The notes under the pieces are model-generated. The model was not told the origin of the DNA and searched no databases. It saw only the letters and a list, made by a program, of their open reading frames with translations. A stretch of 50,735 nucleotides of DNA from Gemmatimonadota bacterium (GTDB taxonomy: Bacteria > Gemmatimonadota > Gemmatimonadetes > Gemmatimonadales > GWC2-71-9): NCBI GenBank assembly GCA_016199245.1, contig JACQHC010000150.1:1-50735 (forward strand), written 5' to 3'. Of the stretch, positions 8,673 to 18,572 are shown piece after piece. The number at the start of each line of letters is the position of its first letter. Position 1 is the stretch's first letter. Both the position numbers and the translations under genes were made by a program.

Positions 8673-10718
8673 ATGCGCAAGCTCCTCTCCATGCTGATCT
8701 GGGCCGCCATCGCGGCGGCGGGCGCGACGGGCTTCGGCGTGCTCGCCCTGCACCGGGGCGAGACCATCAACGCCGCCTGGTTGGTGATCACCGCCGTGTG
8801 CACCTACATGGTGGCGTACCGGTTTTACGCCCGATTCATCGCGCGACGCGTGATGGAGCTGGACGACCGGCGTGCGACCCCAGCCGAGCGGCTGAACAAC
8901 GGCCGAGATTTCGTCCCAACGAACAGGTGGGTGCTGTACGGGCATCACTTTGCGGCGATCGCAGGCGCGGGCCCGCTGGTCGGTCCGGTTCTCGCCGCCC
9001 AGTTCGGCTACCTGCCCGGCACCATCTGGCTCGTGATCGGGGTCGTGCTCGGCGGCGCGGTGCAGGACTTCGTCACGCTGTTCGCCTCGATCCGGCGGGA
9101 CGGCAAGTCGCTCGGCCAGATGGCCAAGGAGGAGGTCAACAAGGTCACGGGCGTGGCCGCCATGGTCGCGATCCTGGCGATCATGGTCATTCTGCTCGCC
9201 GTGCTCGCGCTGGTAGTCGTGCGTGCGCTCGCCGAGAGCCCGTGGGGCACCTTCACCATCGCATGCACCATCCCGATCGCGCTGCTCATGGGATGGTGGA
9301 TGCGCGTGGTTCGGCCGGGCCGCGCGCTCGAGGCATCGCTGGGCGGCGCCGTCCTGCTGATGCTCGCGCTCTGGACGGGGCGGCTGGTGGCCGAGCACCC
9401 CACGCTGGGCGAGTTCTTCACGCTCAAAGCCACGACACTCTCGTACTGGCTGATCCTGTACGGCTTCGTGGCCTCCGTGCTCCCGGTGTGGCTGCTCCTG
9501 GCGCCGCGGGATTACCTCTCGACGTTCCTCAAGATCGGGACGGTGATCGCGCTCGCGATCGGCATCCTCATCGTGCTCCCGCCCGTGAAGATGCCGGCGG
9601 TCACCCGGTTCGTGGACGGGACAGGGCCGATCTTCGCCGGCAAGCTGTTCCCGTTCGCGTTCATCACGATCGCCTGCGGAGCGATCAGCGGGTTCCACTC
9701 CCTGGTGGCATCGGGCACCACGCCCAAGATGGTGATGAAGGAAACGCACGCGCCGATGATCGGGTACGGCGGCATGCTCATGGAGTCATTCGTGGGTGTG
9801 ATGGCTATGTGCGCTGCGGGCATTCTCGATCCCGGCGTGTACTTCGCGATCAACGCGCCCGCCGGGTTGCTCGGCACGACCGTGGAGCAGGCGTCGCAGA
9901 CGGTGGCCGGCTGGGGGTTCACGCTCAGACCGGAGGACATGGCGGCGCTGACGCAGGCGGTGGGAGAGGAGAGCCTCCTGTCTCGCACGGGTGGGGCGCC
10001 GTCGCTCGCGGTCGGCATGGCACAGATCTTCGCCGGCGTGTCGAGTAAGATCGGCGGCCAGACGCTCACAGCGTTGTGGTACCATTTCGCAATTCTGTTC
10101 GAGGCCCTGTTCATCCTGACGACCGTGGACGCCGGCACGCGGGTTGGCCGATTCATGATCCAGGAACTGGGTGGCCAGGTGTGGCGCCGGTTCGGCGCGG
10201 TCTCGTGGTACCCGGCTAATCTGCTGGCCAGCGCGTTGATCGTGGCGGGGTGGGGCTACTTCCTGGTGCAGGGCGTGCTCGATCCCCTGGGCGGCATCAA
10301 CTCATTGTGGCCGCTGTTCGGCATCTCTAATCAGCTGCTCGCGTCCATCGCGCTCACGGTGGCGACGACGATCATCATCAAGATGAAGAAGGCGCGGTAC
10401 GCGTGGGTGACGCTGGTGCCGCTCGCCTGGCTCGCGACGGTGACGCTCACGGCCGGCGTGCAGAAGGTGTTCGCGCCGGAGCCGCGCCTCGGGTTCCTGG
10501 CGCATGCGCGGTCGCTGGCGGGCAGCGCGGATCCGTCCGCTCCCCGCCTGATCTTCAACGACTGGCTGAACGCCCTGCTCGCGCTTGCCTTCATGGCGGT
10601 GGTCGTGTTGGTCATCACCGCCGCGGCGCGGGAGTGGTTCGGCGTGTTGTCGCAGAAGAAGGAGGCGGTGGTGCGGGAAGCACCGTTCGTCGAGAGCGCG
10701 TACGCCGTGGAATCTTAG
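8673..10718 (+). CDS. cstA: Carbon starvation protein A (peptide/pyruvate transporter)
   Basis: GHHFAAIAGAGPLVGP, PVWLLLAPRDYLS, TIACGAISGFH, SRTGGAPSLA and WPLFGISNQLLA motifs. Confidence 0.95.
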   Translation: MRKLLSMLIWAAIAAAGATGFGVLALHRGETINAAWLVITAVCTYMVAYRFYARFIARRVMELDDRRATPAERLNNGRDFVPTNRWVLYGHHFAAIAGAGPLVGPVLAAQFGYLPGTIWLVIGVVLGGAVQDFVTLFASIRRDGKSLGQMAKEEVNKVTGVAAMVAILAIMVILLAVLALVVVRALAESPWGTFTIACTIPIALLMGWWMRVVRPGRALEASLGGAVLLMLALWTGRLVAEHPTLGEFFTLKATTLSYWLILYGFVASVLPVWLLLAPRDYLSTFLKIGTVIALAIGILIVLPPVKMPAVTRFVDGTGPIFAGKLFPFAFITIACGAISGFHSLVASGTTPKMVMKETHAPMIGYGGMLMESFVGVMAMCAAGILDPGVYFAINAPAGLLGTTVEQASQTVAGWGFTLRPEDMAALTQAVGEESLLSRTGGAPSLAVGMAQIFAGVSSKIGGQTLTALWYHFAILFEALFILTTVDAGTRVGRFMIQELGGQVWRRFGAVSWYPANLLASALIVAGWGYFLVQGVLDPLGGINSLWPLFGISNQLLASIALTVATTIIIKMKKARYAWVTLVPLAWLATVTLTAGVQKVFAPEPRLGFLAHARSLAGSADPSAPRLIFNDWLNALLALAFMAVVVLVITAAAREWFGVLSQKKEAVVREAPFVESAYAVES

Positions 10719-11923
10719 GGAAGCTCCTTTCGGGCGCGTGACAGGACCAGAGCGGCGACCACCATGGCGGCGGCCAGCGCCCCGCTCATGAGCAGCGCGA
10801 CCGTTCCGCCGAACGCGGCGTACAGGGCGCCGAGGAGCAGCCCACCCGGCAATGCAGCGAGTCCCACGGCTGCGTGATACACACCGAACAGCCGACCTCG
10901 TCGCTCGGCACCTCCTAGAAGAGCGACCAGAGCCCGCTCCGAGGATTCCGTCGCTCCCGCGACAAGGCCAAAGACAAGAAACCAAACCACGCCCATCGCG
11001 GGCGTGCTCGAGTGGGCGAGCGCGACGCACACGCCCGCGTAGAGCAGCCATCCCAGCTGCATCGTGCGCGCCGGGCCGGCCCGATCAGACACCCAGCCCC
11101 CGGGATAGCTCGCGGCAGTGCGGACCACGTGCAGCGCCGCCCAGGTGACGGGCACGAGCGCCACGGCGACGCCAAGATCCTGAAGGCGGAGGATGAGGAG
11201 GGTCTCAGGGAGGCGGGAGAAAGCAAAAAGGACGATCAGCGCGAACAGAGGCGATCGAGGGCGATCGAGGGCGATCGAGTACGACGGCTCTGGACGGCGA
11301 GGGGCGGCGGGAGGCGGCGCGGGCTCGGGCCTGGTCTCCTTCTTTAGCGTGAACCAGACGACGATCACCGCTGCCACTCCCGGCACGGCGGCCCATGCGA
11401 TCACAGCCGCGGGGCTCAGGCCCGCGAGCGTGAGCAGCGCGGTCGCGACCAGCGGCCCGACCGTGGCACCGGCGTGGTCCATGGCACGGTGAAACCCGAA
11501 CGCCCGGCCGTGGATCTCCGGCGCGGCAGCATCCGCGATGACCGCGTCGCGCGGGGGGGATCGCATGCCCTTGCCTACCCGATCCGCGGTCCGGAACGCC
11601 ACGACGTGCCACCCGGCAGATGCAACGGCCGTGAGCGGCCGCGCGATCGCCGCCACGGCGTACCCCAGCACCACCAGCGGCCGCCGCCACGTTGGACGGT
11701 CGGCGAGCCAGCCGGAGTACAGCCGGGCGCCCGCCGCGGCAGCGTCCGACAGCCCGTCCAGAACGCCGAGCGTCACGGCCCCACCGCCCAGCCCGCTCGT
11801 AACGAAGGCAGGCAGCAGGGGATACACCATTTCGCTCGCGAGGTCGTTCAGGAGCGAGACGGCGCCGAGGGATTTGACGACGGGGGGAAGGCGGGGAGGC
11901 GCGGCGACAACCGCTTCACTCAT
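10715..11923 (-). CDS. MFS transporter
   Basis: VSLLNDLASEMVYPLLP, GWLADR, DRVGKGMRSPPRDA and GRAFGFHRAMDHAGA motifs; about 12 hydrophobic segments. Confidence 0.9.
   Translation of the reverse strand: MSEAVVAAPPRLPPVVKSLGAVSLLNDLASEMVYPLLPAFVTSGLGGGAVTLGVLDGLSDAAAAGARLYSGWLADRPTWRRPLVVLGYAVAAIARPLTAVASAGWHVVAFRTADRVGKGMRSPPRDAVIADAAAPEIHGRAFGFHRAMDHAGATVGPLVATALLTLAGLSPAAVIAWAAVPGVAAVIVVWFTLKKETRPEPAPPPAAPRRPEPSYSIALDRPRSPLFALIVLFAFSRLPETLLILRLQDLGVAVALVPVTWAALHVVRTAASYPGGWVSDRAGPARTMQLGWLLYAGVCVALAHSSTPAMGVVWFLVFGLVAGATESSERALVALLGGAERRGRLFGVYHAAVGLAALPGGLLLGALYAAFGGTVALLMSGALAAAMVVAALVLSRARKELP
11251..11280. repeat. Three tandem GCGATCGAGG/T 10-mers inside the MFS coding sequence
   Basis: gcgatcgagg gcgatcgagg gcgatcgagt (30 nt, frame-preserving). 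Confidence 0.85.
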
Positions 11924-13532
11924 CCAGCTTCAGCCCCCACCGAATCAAGCTGACAGGCAGTGTTCCGTATCGCAGCACCGCATCGTGGAACCGCCGCAGC
12001 GTGTAGTCGGACCCCGCAGCGGCGCGGTACGCATCCCGGAGCGAGCGCAGCTCCCGACGCCCCACGGCATAGCAGAGCTGGTACGCCGGATACGCGCAGT
12101 AGCGCCGCACCTCCGCCTCGGCGTTCGCCCGATCGAAGTGGACCCGATCTACCAGAAGCCTCACGGCCTCGTCGAACGTCATCCCGCGAGTATGGAGCCC
12201 CACGTCCAGCACGATGCGTAACGCTCTCCACAGCAAATGCAGGCGCCGGAAGAACCGCTCTTCGAGCGTTCGATAGAAGCCCTCTTCCTCCATCATCTCT
12301 TCGCAGTACAGGGCCCACCCCTCGATCGTCAGCGGCGTGCCCAGGAGCCGCCGCAATGGCCGCCCGAGCGCCTGCGCGGTGAGGAAATGCAGATGGTGGC
12401 CGGGGTACCCCTCGTGCAGGGCCGTGGACGCCAGCTCGTGCACGCAGTGGTCCCGCAGCAGCCGTTCCGCGATGTCCGGCGCAAGCCCCGCATCCGGCGG
12501 CGTGACGTAAAACCACCCGGTCCGATCGGCCGCCAGAGCCCCGGGAGGCTGGTAGGCGGCGTACGGGATGAGCGGCCGGAGGAAGGATGGCGTCTCGATC
12601 ACGTCGAGCCGTCCCTGCGGGATCCCCGCCAGATCCCGCTCCATCACGAACACCCGGGCCCGGTCCATTTCGGCTGAATAGGCGGCCACGAGAAGATCCG
12701 CTCTGGGATGTTCCCGACGCAGGCGGTCCACCAGGTCTGGCCAGGCGCTCCCGCCGTTCAATTCCCTCGCGAACCGCTGCAGCTCGAGATCGAGCTCCGT
12801 CGCGAGCGCCAGACCGTAGCGCCACAGCTCCGGCGCCGTGCTGCGCAGCGCATGCTCGTAGTGCAGACGGAAGTTGAACGCGTCCTCGCCGACCGCGAAC
12901 GCGCCATTGGCGGACGCCATCAAGTCGGTTTCCAGGAACCGTCGGAAATCGCGCAGGGCTTCCCCGGCCCGGGCGTGCGTTTCGTCGAACGTCGAATCGT
13001 TGGGCGGTTGGAGATGGCGTCGCACTTCCTCGAGGACGGTCTCGGCACCGGCTACCACCTTCAACGCGGTGTCAACGAACACCCCGGGGCATTGGCGTAG
13101 CGTGGCGCGCGCCCCTTCAAAGAAGGCGGGGAATTCCGCGAGCCGGCCGGCGGCGGCCTTCGCGCGGTGCTCCAGCGGACGGTCGCGCCGTTCCAGCAGG
13201 AAGTACAGGCCTTCCAGGGCATGGTTGAGCCAGAACCCGGGGTTGGTGACGTGGACGCGCTCCACCGAGAACCGGTGCACGGCGACCCGGATCTCGTTGA
13301 GCAGCGCCGTGCGGTCAATCTCGTCTTCCAGGGCCGCCGGTTCTGCTTCTTCCACGGCGGCGCCGAGCGCGCGCAGGGCCGCGACGTGCTGGCGCACGTC
13401 CTCGACCGTGTAGCGACCCAACCGGTGATCGTGCTCGGCCACACCCGCCGCGGTCGCGTCCACCGGGTCGAGGTGCCAGCGGACGTCGAGATACGAAGCC
13501 GTGAGGTCGGTAAGACTAGCGGGCGGCGTCAA
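11916..13532 (-). CDS. DUF885 family protein (putative zinc metallopeptidase)
   Basis: HEGYPGHH, EGWALYCE, RALRIVLDVGLH, EVRRY and FHDAVLRYG motifs; no signal peptide. Confidence 0.9.
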   Translation of the reverse strand: MTPPASLTDLTASYLDVRWHLDPVDATAAGVAEHDHRLGRYTVEDVRQHVAALRALGAAVEEAEPAALEDEIDRTALLNEIRVAVHRFSVERVHVTNPGFWLNHALEGLYFLLERRDRPLEHRAKAAAGRLAEFPAFFEGARATLRQCPGVFVDTALKVVAGAETVLEEVRRHLQPPNDSTFDETHARAGEALRDFRRFLETDLMASANGAFAVGEDAFNFRLHYEHALRSTAPELWRYGLALATELDLELQRFARELNGGSAWPDLVDRLRREHPRADLLVAAYSAEMDRARVFVMERDLAGIPQGRLDVIETPSFLRPLIPYAAYQPPGALAADRTGWFYVTPPDAGLAPDIAERLLRDHCVHELASTALHEGYPGHHLHFLTAQALGRPLRRLLGTPLTIEGWALYCEEMMEEEGFYRTLEERFFRRLHLLWRALRIVLDVGLHTRGMTFDEAVRLLVDRVHFDRANAEAEVRRYCAYPAYQLCYAVGRRELRSLRDAYRAAAGSDYTLRRFHDAVLRYGTLPVSLIRWGLKLDE

Positions 13533-14781
13533 CCGGGGCGCCTGGAGTGCGGCCGAGCGCCTCGGCCGCCAAATGATGGCATTCCGCGTCGCTCAGCACG
13601 CGATCCGCGCGCTTGGCGGCCGCGAACAGGTGATCACACAGCGCGGCGTTCGTGGAATCGTACCCGTGCTCCTCGAGCCAGCACCGGACGTTCGACAGCC
13701 CTGAGACGGGAGAGATCTCAATGCGTTGCCTCAGGCCGAACGTGCCCGCCGGCACGCTGGAATACACGCGATCCGCGAGCCACGCGTCGCCTTTGCGCCG
13801 GGCCTTGATGATCGCGGCAGCATGGACGCCGGTGCCCGTGCGGAACGCATCGGCGCCCATCACCGGGTAGTTCGGAGGGAGCGGCACGCCGATCGCCTCG
13901 GCAGCCAGCTGGCAGTACTCCCTCAGCCCCGAGACGTCATGCCGGTGGGCGCCGAGCAGGCGCAGGTTCACGATCAAGAGGTCCATCTCCGCGTTGCCCA
14001 CCCGCTCGCCGATGCCGAGCGCGGTGGCGTGCACGCGGTCCACTCCCGCCTCGATCGCCGCCAGACAGTTGATCAGCCCCATCCCCCGGTCCCGGTGTCC
14101 ATGCCAGTCGATCTTAACGGCCTCGCCCGCCGGAACCACAATCTCTTCTTTGACGAACCGTACCAGATTCTTGACGCCCGCCGGCGTCGCGTGACCCACC
14201 GTGTCCGCCAGGCAGATGCGGCGCGCACCCCACCCGATGGCGTTGCCGTAGAGCGCCTTCAAGGTCTCCGGCCTTGCCCGCGTCGTGTCCTCCGTGACGT
14301 ACATGACCGGGAGCCCCTCTCGTACGGCAAACGTGACCGCCTCCTCGCTGGCTCGCAGCATCCGGTCCAGGGTCCAGTCCTCGGCGTACTGGCGAATCGG
14401 AGAGGATCCGATGAACGTGGCCGCCTCGATCGCGATCCCGACCTCCTGGGAGATCCGCACCACAGGTTCCACATCCGCGATCACCGTTCGGGCCGCGCAG
14501 TTGGGTTGGATGGGCAGCCCGGTGCCGGCGATCTCGCGGGCGAGCGCCCGCACGGACTCCTGCACGCGCGGACCCGCACCAGGCAGGCCGATATCGGCCG
14601 CCACGATGCCGAGGTCCGCCATCAGGTGGAGCAGGCGGATCTTGACGTCCAGCGGGGGATCAATGGCGGAGGGCGACTGCAGGCCGTCGCGCAGCGTCTC
14701 ATCGTTGAGGTCCACCCGCGCCGCCGGCCAGTCGAAGCCACCCTGCGCGTTCCAGTCGTGGATCAGCGCCGAGTCGTCCAT
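13516..14781 (-). CDS. LeuA/homocitrate synthase-like DRE-TIM metallolyase lacking the C-terminal regulatory domain
   Basis: DETLRDGLQ, EDTTRA, LADTVG, HGHRD and GIGERVGNA motifs; 421 aa. Confidence 0.85.
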   Translation of the reverse strand: MDDSALIHDWNAQGGFDWPAARVDLNDETLRDGLQSPSAIDPPLDVKIRLLHLMADLGIVAADIGLPGAGPRVQESVRALAREIAGTGLPIQPNCAARTVIADVEPVVRISQEVGIAIEAATFIGSSPIRQYAEDWTLDRMLRASEEAVTFAVREGLPVMYVTEDTTRARPETLKALYGNAIGWGARRICLADTVGHATPAGVKNLVRFVKEEIVVPAGEAVKIDWHGHRDRGMGLINCLAAIEAGVDRVHATALGIGERVGNAEMDLLIVNLRLLGAHRHDVSGLREYCQLAAEAIGVPLPPNYPVMGADAFRTGTGVHAAAIIKARRKGDAWLADRVYSSVPAGTFGLRQRIEISPVSGLSNVRCWLEEHGYDSTNAALCDHLFAAAKRADRVLSDAECHHLAAEALGRTPGAPVDAAR

Positions 14782-14815
14782 GGTCGAAAGTGCGTGTCAG
14801 TCGTGGGGAGAGTCA

Positions 14816-14875
14816 AGCCGAACGAGGCGATGGCGGGCGACGACAGGCGATGAGGGGCGATCTTGGCCTCATCGC
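14816..14875. repeat. 10-bp-period GGCGA array
   Basis: ggcga at 14826, 14836, 14846 and 14856. Confidence 0.8.
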
Positions 14876-14881
14876 ACGTTC

Positions 14882-15865
14882 TCACGGCGCCGGCGCCACC
14901 TCGTCAACGGTCGCGACCACGTTGTCGAGCACCCGGCCCTCCAGCACCACGTCGTCCCCGATGAGTGCGTGCCGCACCTGGCAGCCGACGAGCCGTGTGC
15001 CCCTGCCCACGATCGCCTCCCGTACCGTGCCTCCGGACACCACCGCCCCGGTCTCGATGGTCACGTTGGGCCCCACCACGCAACGGTCGAGCGCCGCGCC
15101 CGGTTCCACGCGCACCGGGTCAACCACCGTGACGTCGGGGCGCGCCGCCGGCGCCAGAGCCCGGCCATTGCGGAGGAGGTGGAGGTTGGTTTGGAGCACC
15201 GTCTCCACCTTGCCACAGTCGTACCAGCCCGCTACTTCCGCCGTCATGATCTTCCGGCCCCGGTCGATCATGTACTGGAAGGCGTCCGTGAGGAACCATT
15301 CCCCCATCTGCTTGGGGCGCGCGAGGGTCCACTCGATCCCGTCGAACAGAGCGCGCCAATCCGCCACATAATACAGACCGATATTCGCGAGCCGCGAAAC
15401 AGGCTCCCTGGGCTTTTCCACGATACGCGTCATGTACCCTGCGGAGTCGGTCACGACCACACCGAAGCGCTGGTAGTCCTCGACCTCCTTCGCCCAGATG
15501 ATCCCGTCGGCGCGGGTCGTGTTCACCAGGGACAGATCGGCGTCGAACAACGTGTCCACGAAGATGATGAGCACAGGCCCTCGCACGTGGGGCCGCGCGA
15601 GTCCGACGGCGCCCGCGGTCCCGTCCTGAATCTTCTGTTCGATGAAACGGGCCGGGTATTTGTAATTTGCTCGAACGTAGGCTTCGACCTGCTCTTTGAG
15701 GTGACCCGTGATGAAGATCAACTCCTCGACATCCAACCCGACGAGCTTGTCCATCACGTAGTCCATCACCGGCCGCCCGGCGACACGAATGAGCGGCTTG
15801 GGGACGCGCTGGGTCAGCGGCAGGAGGCGCGTGCCTTTGCCGGCCAAGGGGATGACGACTTTCAT
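14882..15865 (-). CDS. Sugar-phosphate nucleotidyltransferase with C-terminal left-handed beta-helix
   Basis: MKVVIPLAGKGTRLLPLTQRVPKPL, IVEKP and WYDCGK motifs; hexapeptide-like tail. Confidence 0.9.
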   Translation of the reverse strand: MKVVIPLAGKGTRLLPLTQRVPKPLIRVAGRPVMDYVMDKLVGLDVEELIFITGHLKEQVEAYVRANYKYPARFIEQKIQDGTAGAVGLARPHVRGPVLIIFVDTLFDADLSLVNTTRADGIIWAKEVEDYQRFGVVVTDSAGYMTRIVEKPREPVSRLANIGLYYVADWRALFDGIEWTLARPKQMGEWFLTDAFQYMIDRGRKIMTAEVAGWYDCGKVETVLQTNLHLLRNGRALAPAARPDVTVVDPVRVEPGAALDRCVVGPNVTIETGAVVSGGTVREAIVGRGTRLVGCQVRHALIGDDVVLEGRVLDNVVATVDEVAPAP

Positions 15866-15873
15866 GGCGCCGG

Positions 15874-16032
15874 GACGCTGCGCGTGCCGGTGGCATGCCG
15901 CAGCGCGCGTGAGAGGCGTGTGGTCTCGGCGGACGCAGTGAACCGGGGTCGCGAGATTCTCACGGGGCGCTGGCGTGCGCCGTGTCCACACGCCTCGTCG
16001 CGCGCCAAGGCATGCCGCCGGCGCGCAGCGTC
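15874..16032. repeat. ~160-bp intergenic element bounded by ~48-bp imperfect inverted repeats
   Basis: 15874-15923 gacgctgcgcgtgccggtggcatgccgcagcgcgcgtgagaggcgtgtgg matches the reverse complement of 15986-16032, gacgctgcgcgccggcggcatgccttggcgcgcgacgaggcgtgtgg. Confidence 0.85.
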
Positions 16033-16405
16033 ACGTGCGCCCATACCGGTCTTTCACCCGCACCACATCCTCTACCTCCGGCGTCGACGCCTCCAGCAGG
16101 TCGGCCGCGGTCACGGCCTCCATCTGGTGAATCGTCGGCGGCGTGACGTGGTAGCTCTCGCCCTCTCGCATGCGCCGTTCGGTGAGGGTGTCGCCCTCCT
16201 GGACGCGAAAGATGATCTCCCCGCGCAGGACGTAGATCGTCTCGTCCTTCTTGCGGTGGTACTGGAGACTCAGGACGTGACCAGGCTCGATATGGAGGAT
16301 CTTGCCGACGTACCGGTCGGTGCGAGCCCAGACCAGCTCATAGCCCCAGGGCTTGGCGACACGGTAGGGAGGCTGGGCGTCTTCGGCGGGAGGATGCTCT
16401 GGCAT
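16031..16405 (-). CDS. Cupin domain protein (mannose-6-phosphate isomerase type II-like)
   Basis: KPWGYE, LSLQYHRKKDET, H and EAST motifs, and DVVRVKDRYGR. Confidence 0.85.
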   Translation of the reverse strand: MPEHPPAEDAQPPYRVAKPWGYELVWARTDRYVGKILHIEPGHVLSLQYHRKKDETIYVLRGEIIFRVQEGDTLTERRMREGESYHVTPPTIHQMEAVTAADLLEASTPEVEDVVRVKDRYGRT

Positions 16406-16448
16406 TGACGCGCGCGTTGTAAGAGGTGGAACCTGACCGGGGGTGACG

Positions 16449-18572
16449 CTACGCCGCCGCCGGTTCCTCGACCCGGATCTCTTCCAGGGCGCGATGCAGC
16501 TCGGCGGCGGACTGCCAGCGCTCTTCCCGCTTCTTGGCGAGCGCTCGGAGAATCACCCGCGACAGCGATTCGGGAACCTCGGGATTGAGCTGCCGCGGAT
16601 CCAGCGGCGTCTCCTCGAGGTGTTTGGCCATCAGCGCCATCAGCGTAGGAGCGCTGAACACGTTCCGGCCGGAGACGCACTCGTACAACACCGCACCGGC
16701 CGCGTACAGGTCCGCGCGGGGGTCCACCGCCTCTCCCATCAACTGCTCCGGCGCCATGTATTCCGGCGTCCCGATCGCCGTCCCCGCCTGCGTCAGGCCT
16801 TCTCCCAGCCGGGTGCCCTCGGTGTGCCGCGCGATGCCGAAGTCCATGACCTTGAGGAAGCCGGTTGGGTCCACGACGATATTCTGGGGCTTGATGTCGC
16901 GGTGCACGACGCCCTGCTCATGCGCGACCTCGAGGGCCCGGCACAGCTGCTTGCCGACGGTGAGCGTCACGCTCACCGGAAGCCGGCCCCGCTTCCGGAT
17001 CAAGTCCTTGAGGCTGGTGCCTTCCACGTACTCCATGGTGATGTAGTACACGCCGTTGACCTCACCCAGGTCGTGCGTGCGCACGACGTTCCGGTGAGTG
17101 ATGCGCCGCGCAAGCCGGATCTCCTGCTTGAAGCGCTCCAGGCTGTTCGCGTCCGCCGCCACCACGTCGGGTTTCAGCGTCTTGATGGCCACCACTTCGT
17201 CCAGGTCGCGGTCGTGCGCCCGGTACACCACCCCCATCCCGCCCGCCCCAAGCACCTTCTTGATCTCGTACCGGCCCGCGAGCACACCGCCGATCTCGAG
17301 CATGTCGGCGGGTTGGGTGGCGATGCGCGCCGTAGCTCCCGCGGCGCCGCGAGTGACTTGCACCACTTGATCCGGCGTCAGCGCCACCGTCTGGCCGCCC
17401 GCGCTCAGGAACTCCACGAGATCCTGCTTCTCCTTCAACTCTTGCACCATGCGCCGGAACGCGCCTGCCAGCTCGCCGATCTCGTCTCTCGACCGCGCGT
17501 CGATGGGCACGTCGTATCGTCCGTCCGCTACCTCGCGGGTCGCCTGCACCAGTCGCCGCACGGGCCGCGTGATACCCCCGGCCACGACCAGTGACGACAG
17601 GACCGCGAGGGCGAGCCCGGCCGCGAAGGCACGGATAATCGTCGTGCGCAGCCGTGCGAACGGGGCGAGTTCCTCGTCCCGCGAGCGGAGCCCGACGTAT
17701 CCGGCCACCGGGTATCCGGCCGCGGTGTTGAGCGGCCCCACGGTGCCCACGAGCGTTTCGTCGCCGACGCGCCACCGGACGCCCACCTCCGCCGTGTCCG
17801 ACAGAGCGGTGCCCCAATCGCCCGCCCCGCTCATGGTCCCCTGCAGGGCCGCGGTCGCCACCGTGGACACCGTGGGCACCGGCTTCCCTTCCTGGTCGAG
17901 CACGAAGAAGAGGATATCAGAGTCGGTGTTCTGCTTGAGATGGCCCGCCAGGGTGCTGTCGATCGGCACGGCCGCCACGAGCACACCGTATACGGTCGTT
18001 CCGCCGGGGCTCTTGATCGGCACGCCCACGGCCTGGAACAAGAGGTCGTCATCGGGTGCCTCGTCCGAGCCCGGTTCGATCCAGGTCCCCGCGGCCGCCT
18101 GGCCCTCGAGCGGCAGGCCGACCAGGGCGCCCTCGCCGAGCGAGTCGCCCGCGAGGTTCCGCAGATCGGTGTGCGCCCGCAGGATGCCGGACCCGTCCGT
18201 AATCAACGCCCAGGCCGCGCCCACCTGGTCACGAAACTCATCGGCCTGGTCGAGGAGATTGGCCCGGTTGTCTTGCCGCAGCGCCTCGCTGATGCGGGCG
18301 ACGTAGTCCGGCACTTGAGCGACGACACTGGCGCTCTGCAACAGCGCCTGCCCCCGAGCCGCGAGCGCATCGTCAATGGCCGACCGGGTAGCGGCCAGCG
18401 CGCGCGTGATGGATTCGTCGGCGGCTCGGTCCGCTTGTTGCTTGGTGAGCAGCAACGAACCCCCGAGCACGACCACGACGACTGCGGCAGCTGACAGGAA
18501 GATCTTGGCGCCGAGTCCCGAGATCGGGATGCCCTTAATACCGCCTCCCGCGGCGCGCGTACGGCTGGCCAA
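16449..18572 (-). CDS. Membrane Ser/Thr kinase: TM-periplasmic (Cache-like) sensor-TM-HAMP-Hanks kinase
   Basis: Two TM helices; HAMP TRPVRRLVQATREVADG...DEIGELAGAFRRM; kinase GAGGMGVVY, VAIK, HRDIKPQN, DFG and APE motifs. Confidence 0.9.
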   Translation of the reverse strand: MASRTRAAGGGIKGIPISGLGAKIFLSAAAVVVVVLGGSLLLTKQQADRAADESITRALAATRSAIDDALAARGQALLQSASVVAQVPDYVARISEALRQDNRANLLDQADEFRDQVGAAWALITDGSGILRAHTDLRNLAGDSLGEGALVGLPLEGQAAAGTWIEPGSDEAPDDDLLFQAVGVPIKSPGGTTVYGVLVAAVPIDSTLAGHLKQNTDSDILFFVLDQEGKPVPTVSTVATAALQGTMSGAGDWGTALSDTAEVGVRWRVGDETLVGTVGPLNTAAGYPVAGYVGLRSRDEELAPFARLRTTIIRAFAAGLALAVLSSLVVAGGITRPVRRLVQATREVADGRYDVPIDARSRDEIGELAGAFRRMVQELKEKQDLVEFLSAGGQTVALTPDQVVQVTRGAAGATARIATQPADMLEIGGVLAGRYEIKKVLGAGGMGVVYRAHDRDLDEVVAIKTLKPDVVAADANSLERFKQEIRLARRITHRNVVRTHDLGEVNGVYYITMEYVEGTSLKDLIRKRGRLPVSVTLTVGKQLCRALEVAHEQGVVHRDIKPQNIVVDPTGFLKVMDFGIARHTEGTRLGEGLTQAGTAIGTPEYMAPEQLMGEAVDPRADLYAAGAVLYECVSGRNVFSAPTLMALMAKHLEETPLDPRQLNPEVPESLSRVILRALAKKREERWQSAAELHRALEEIRVEEPAAA

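Noticed and set aside
14285-16408. Long antisense/shadow ORFs (e.g. 14285-16408, 29277-31169, 48806-50314)
   Set aside because: They lie opposite well-supported genes, lack motifs, and are expected from high GC and scarce stop codons.
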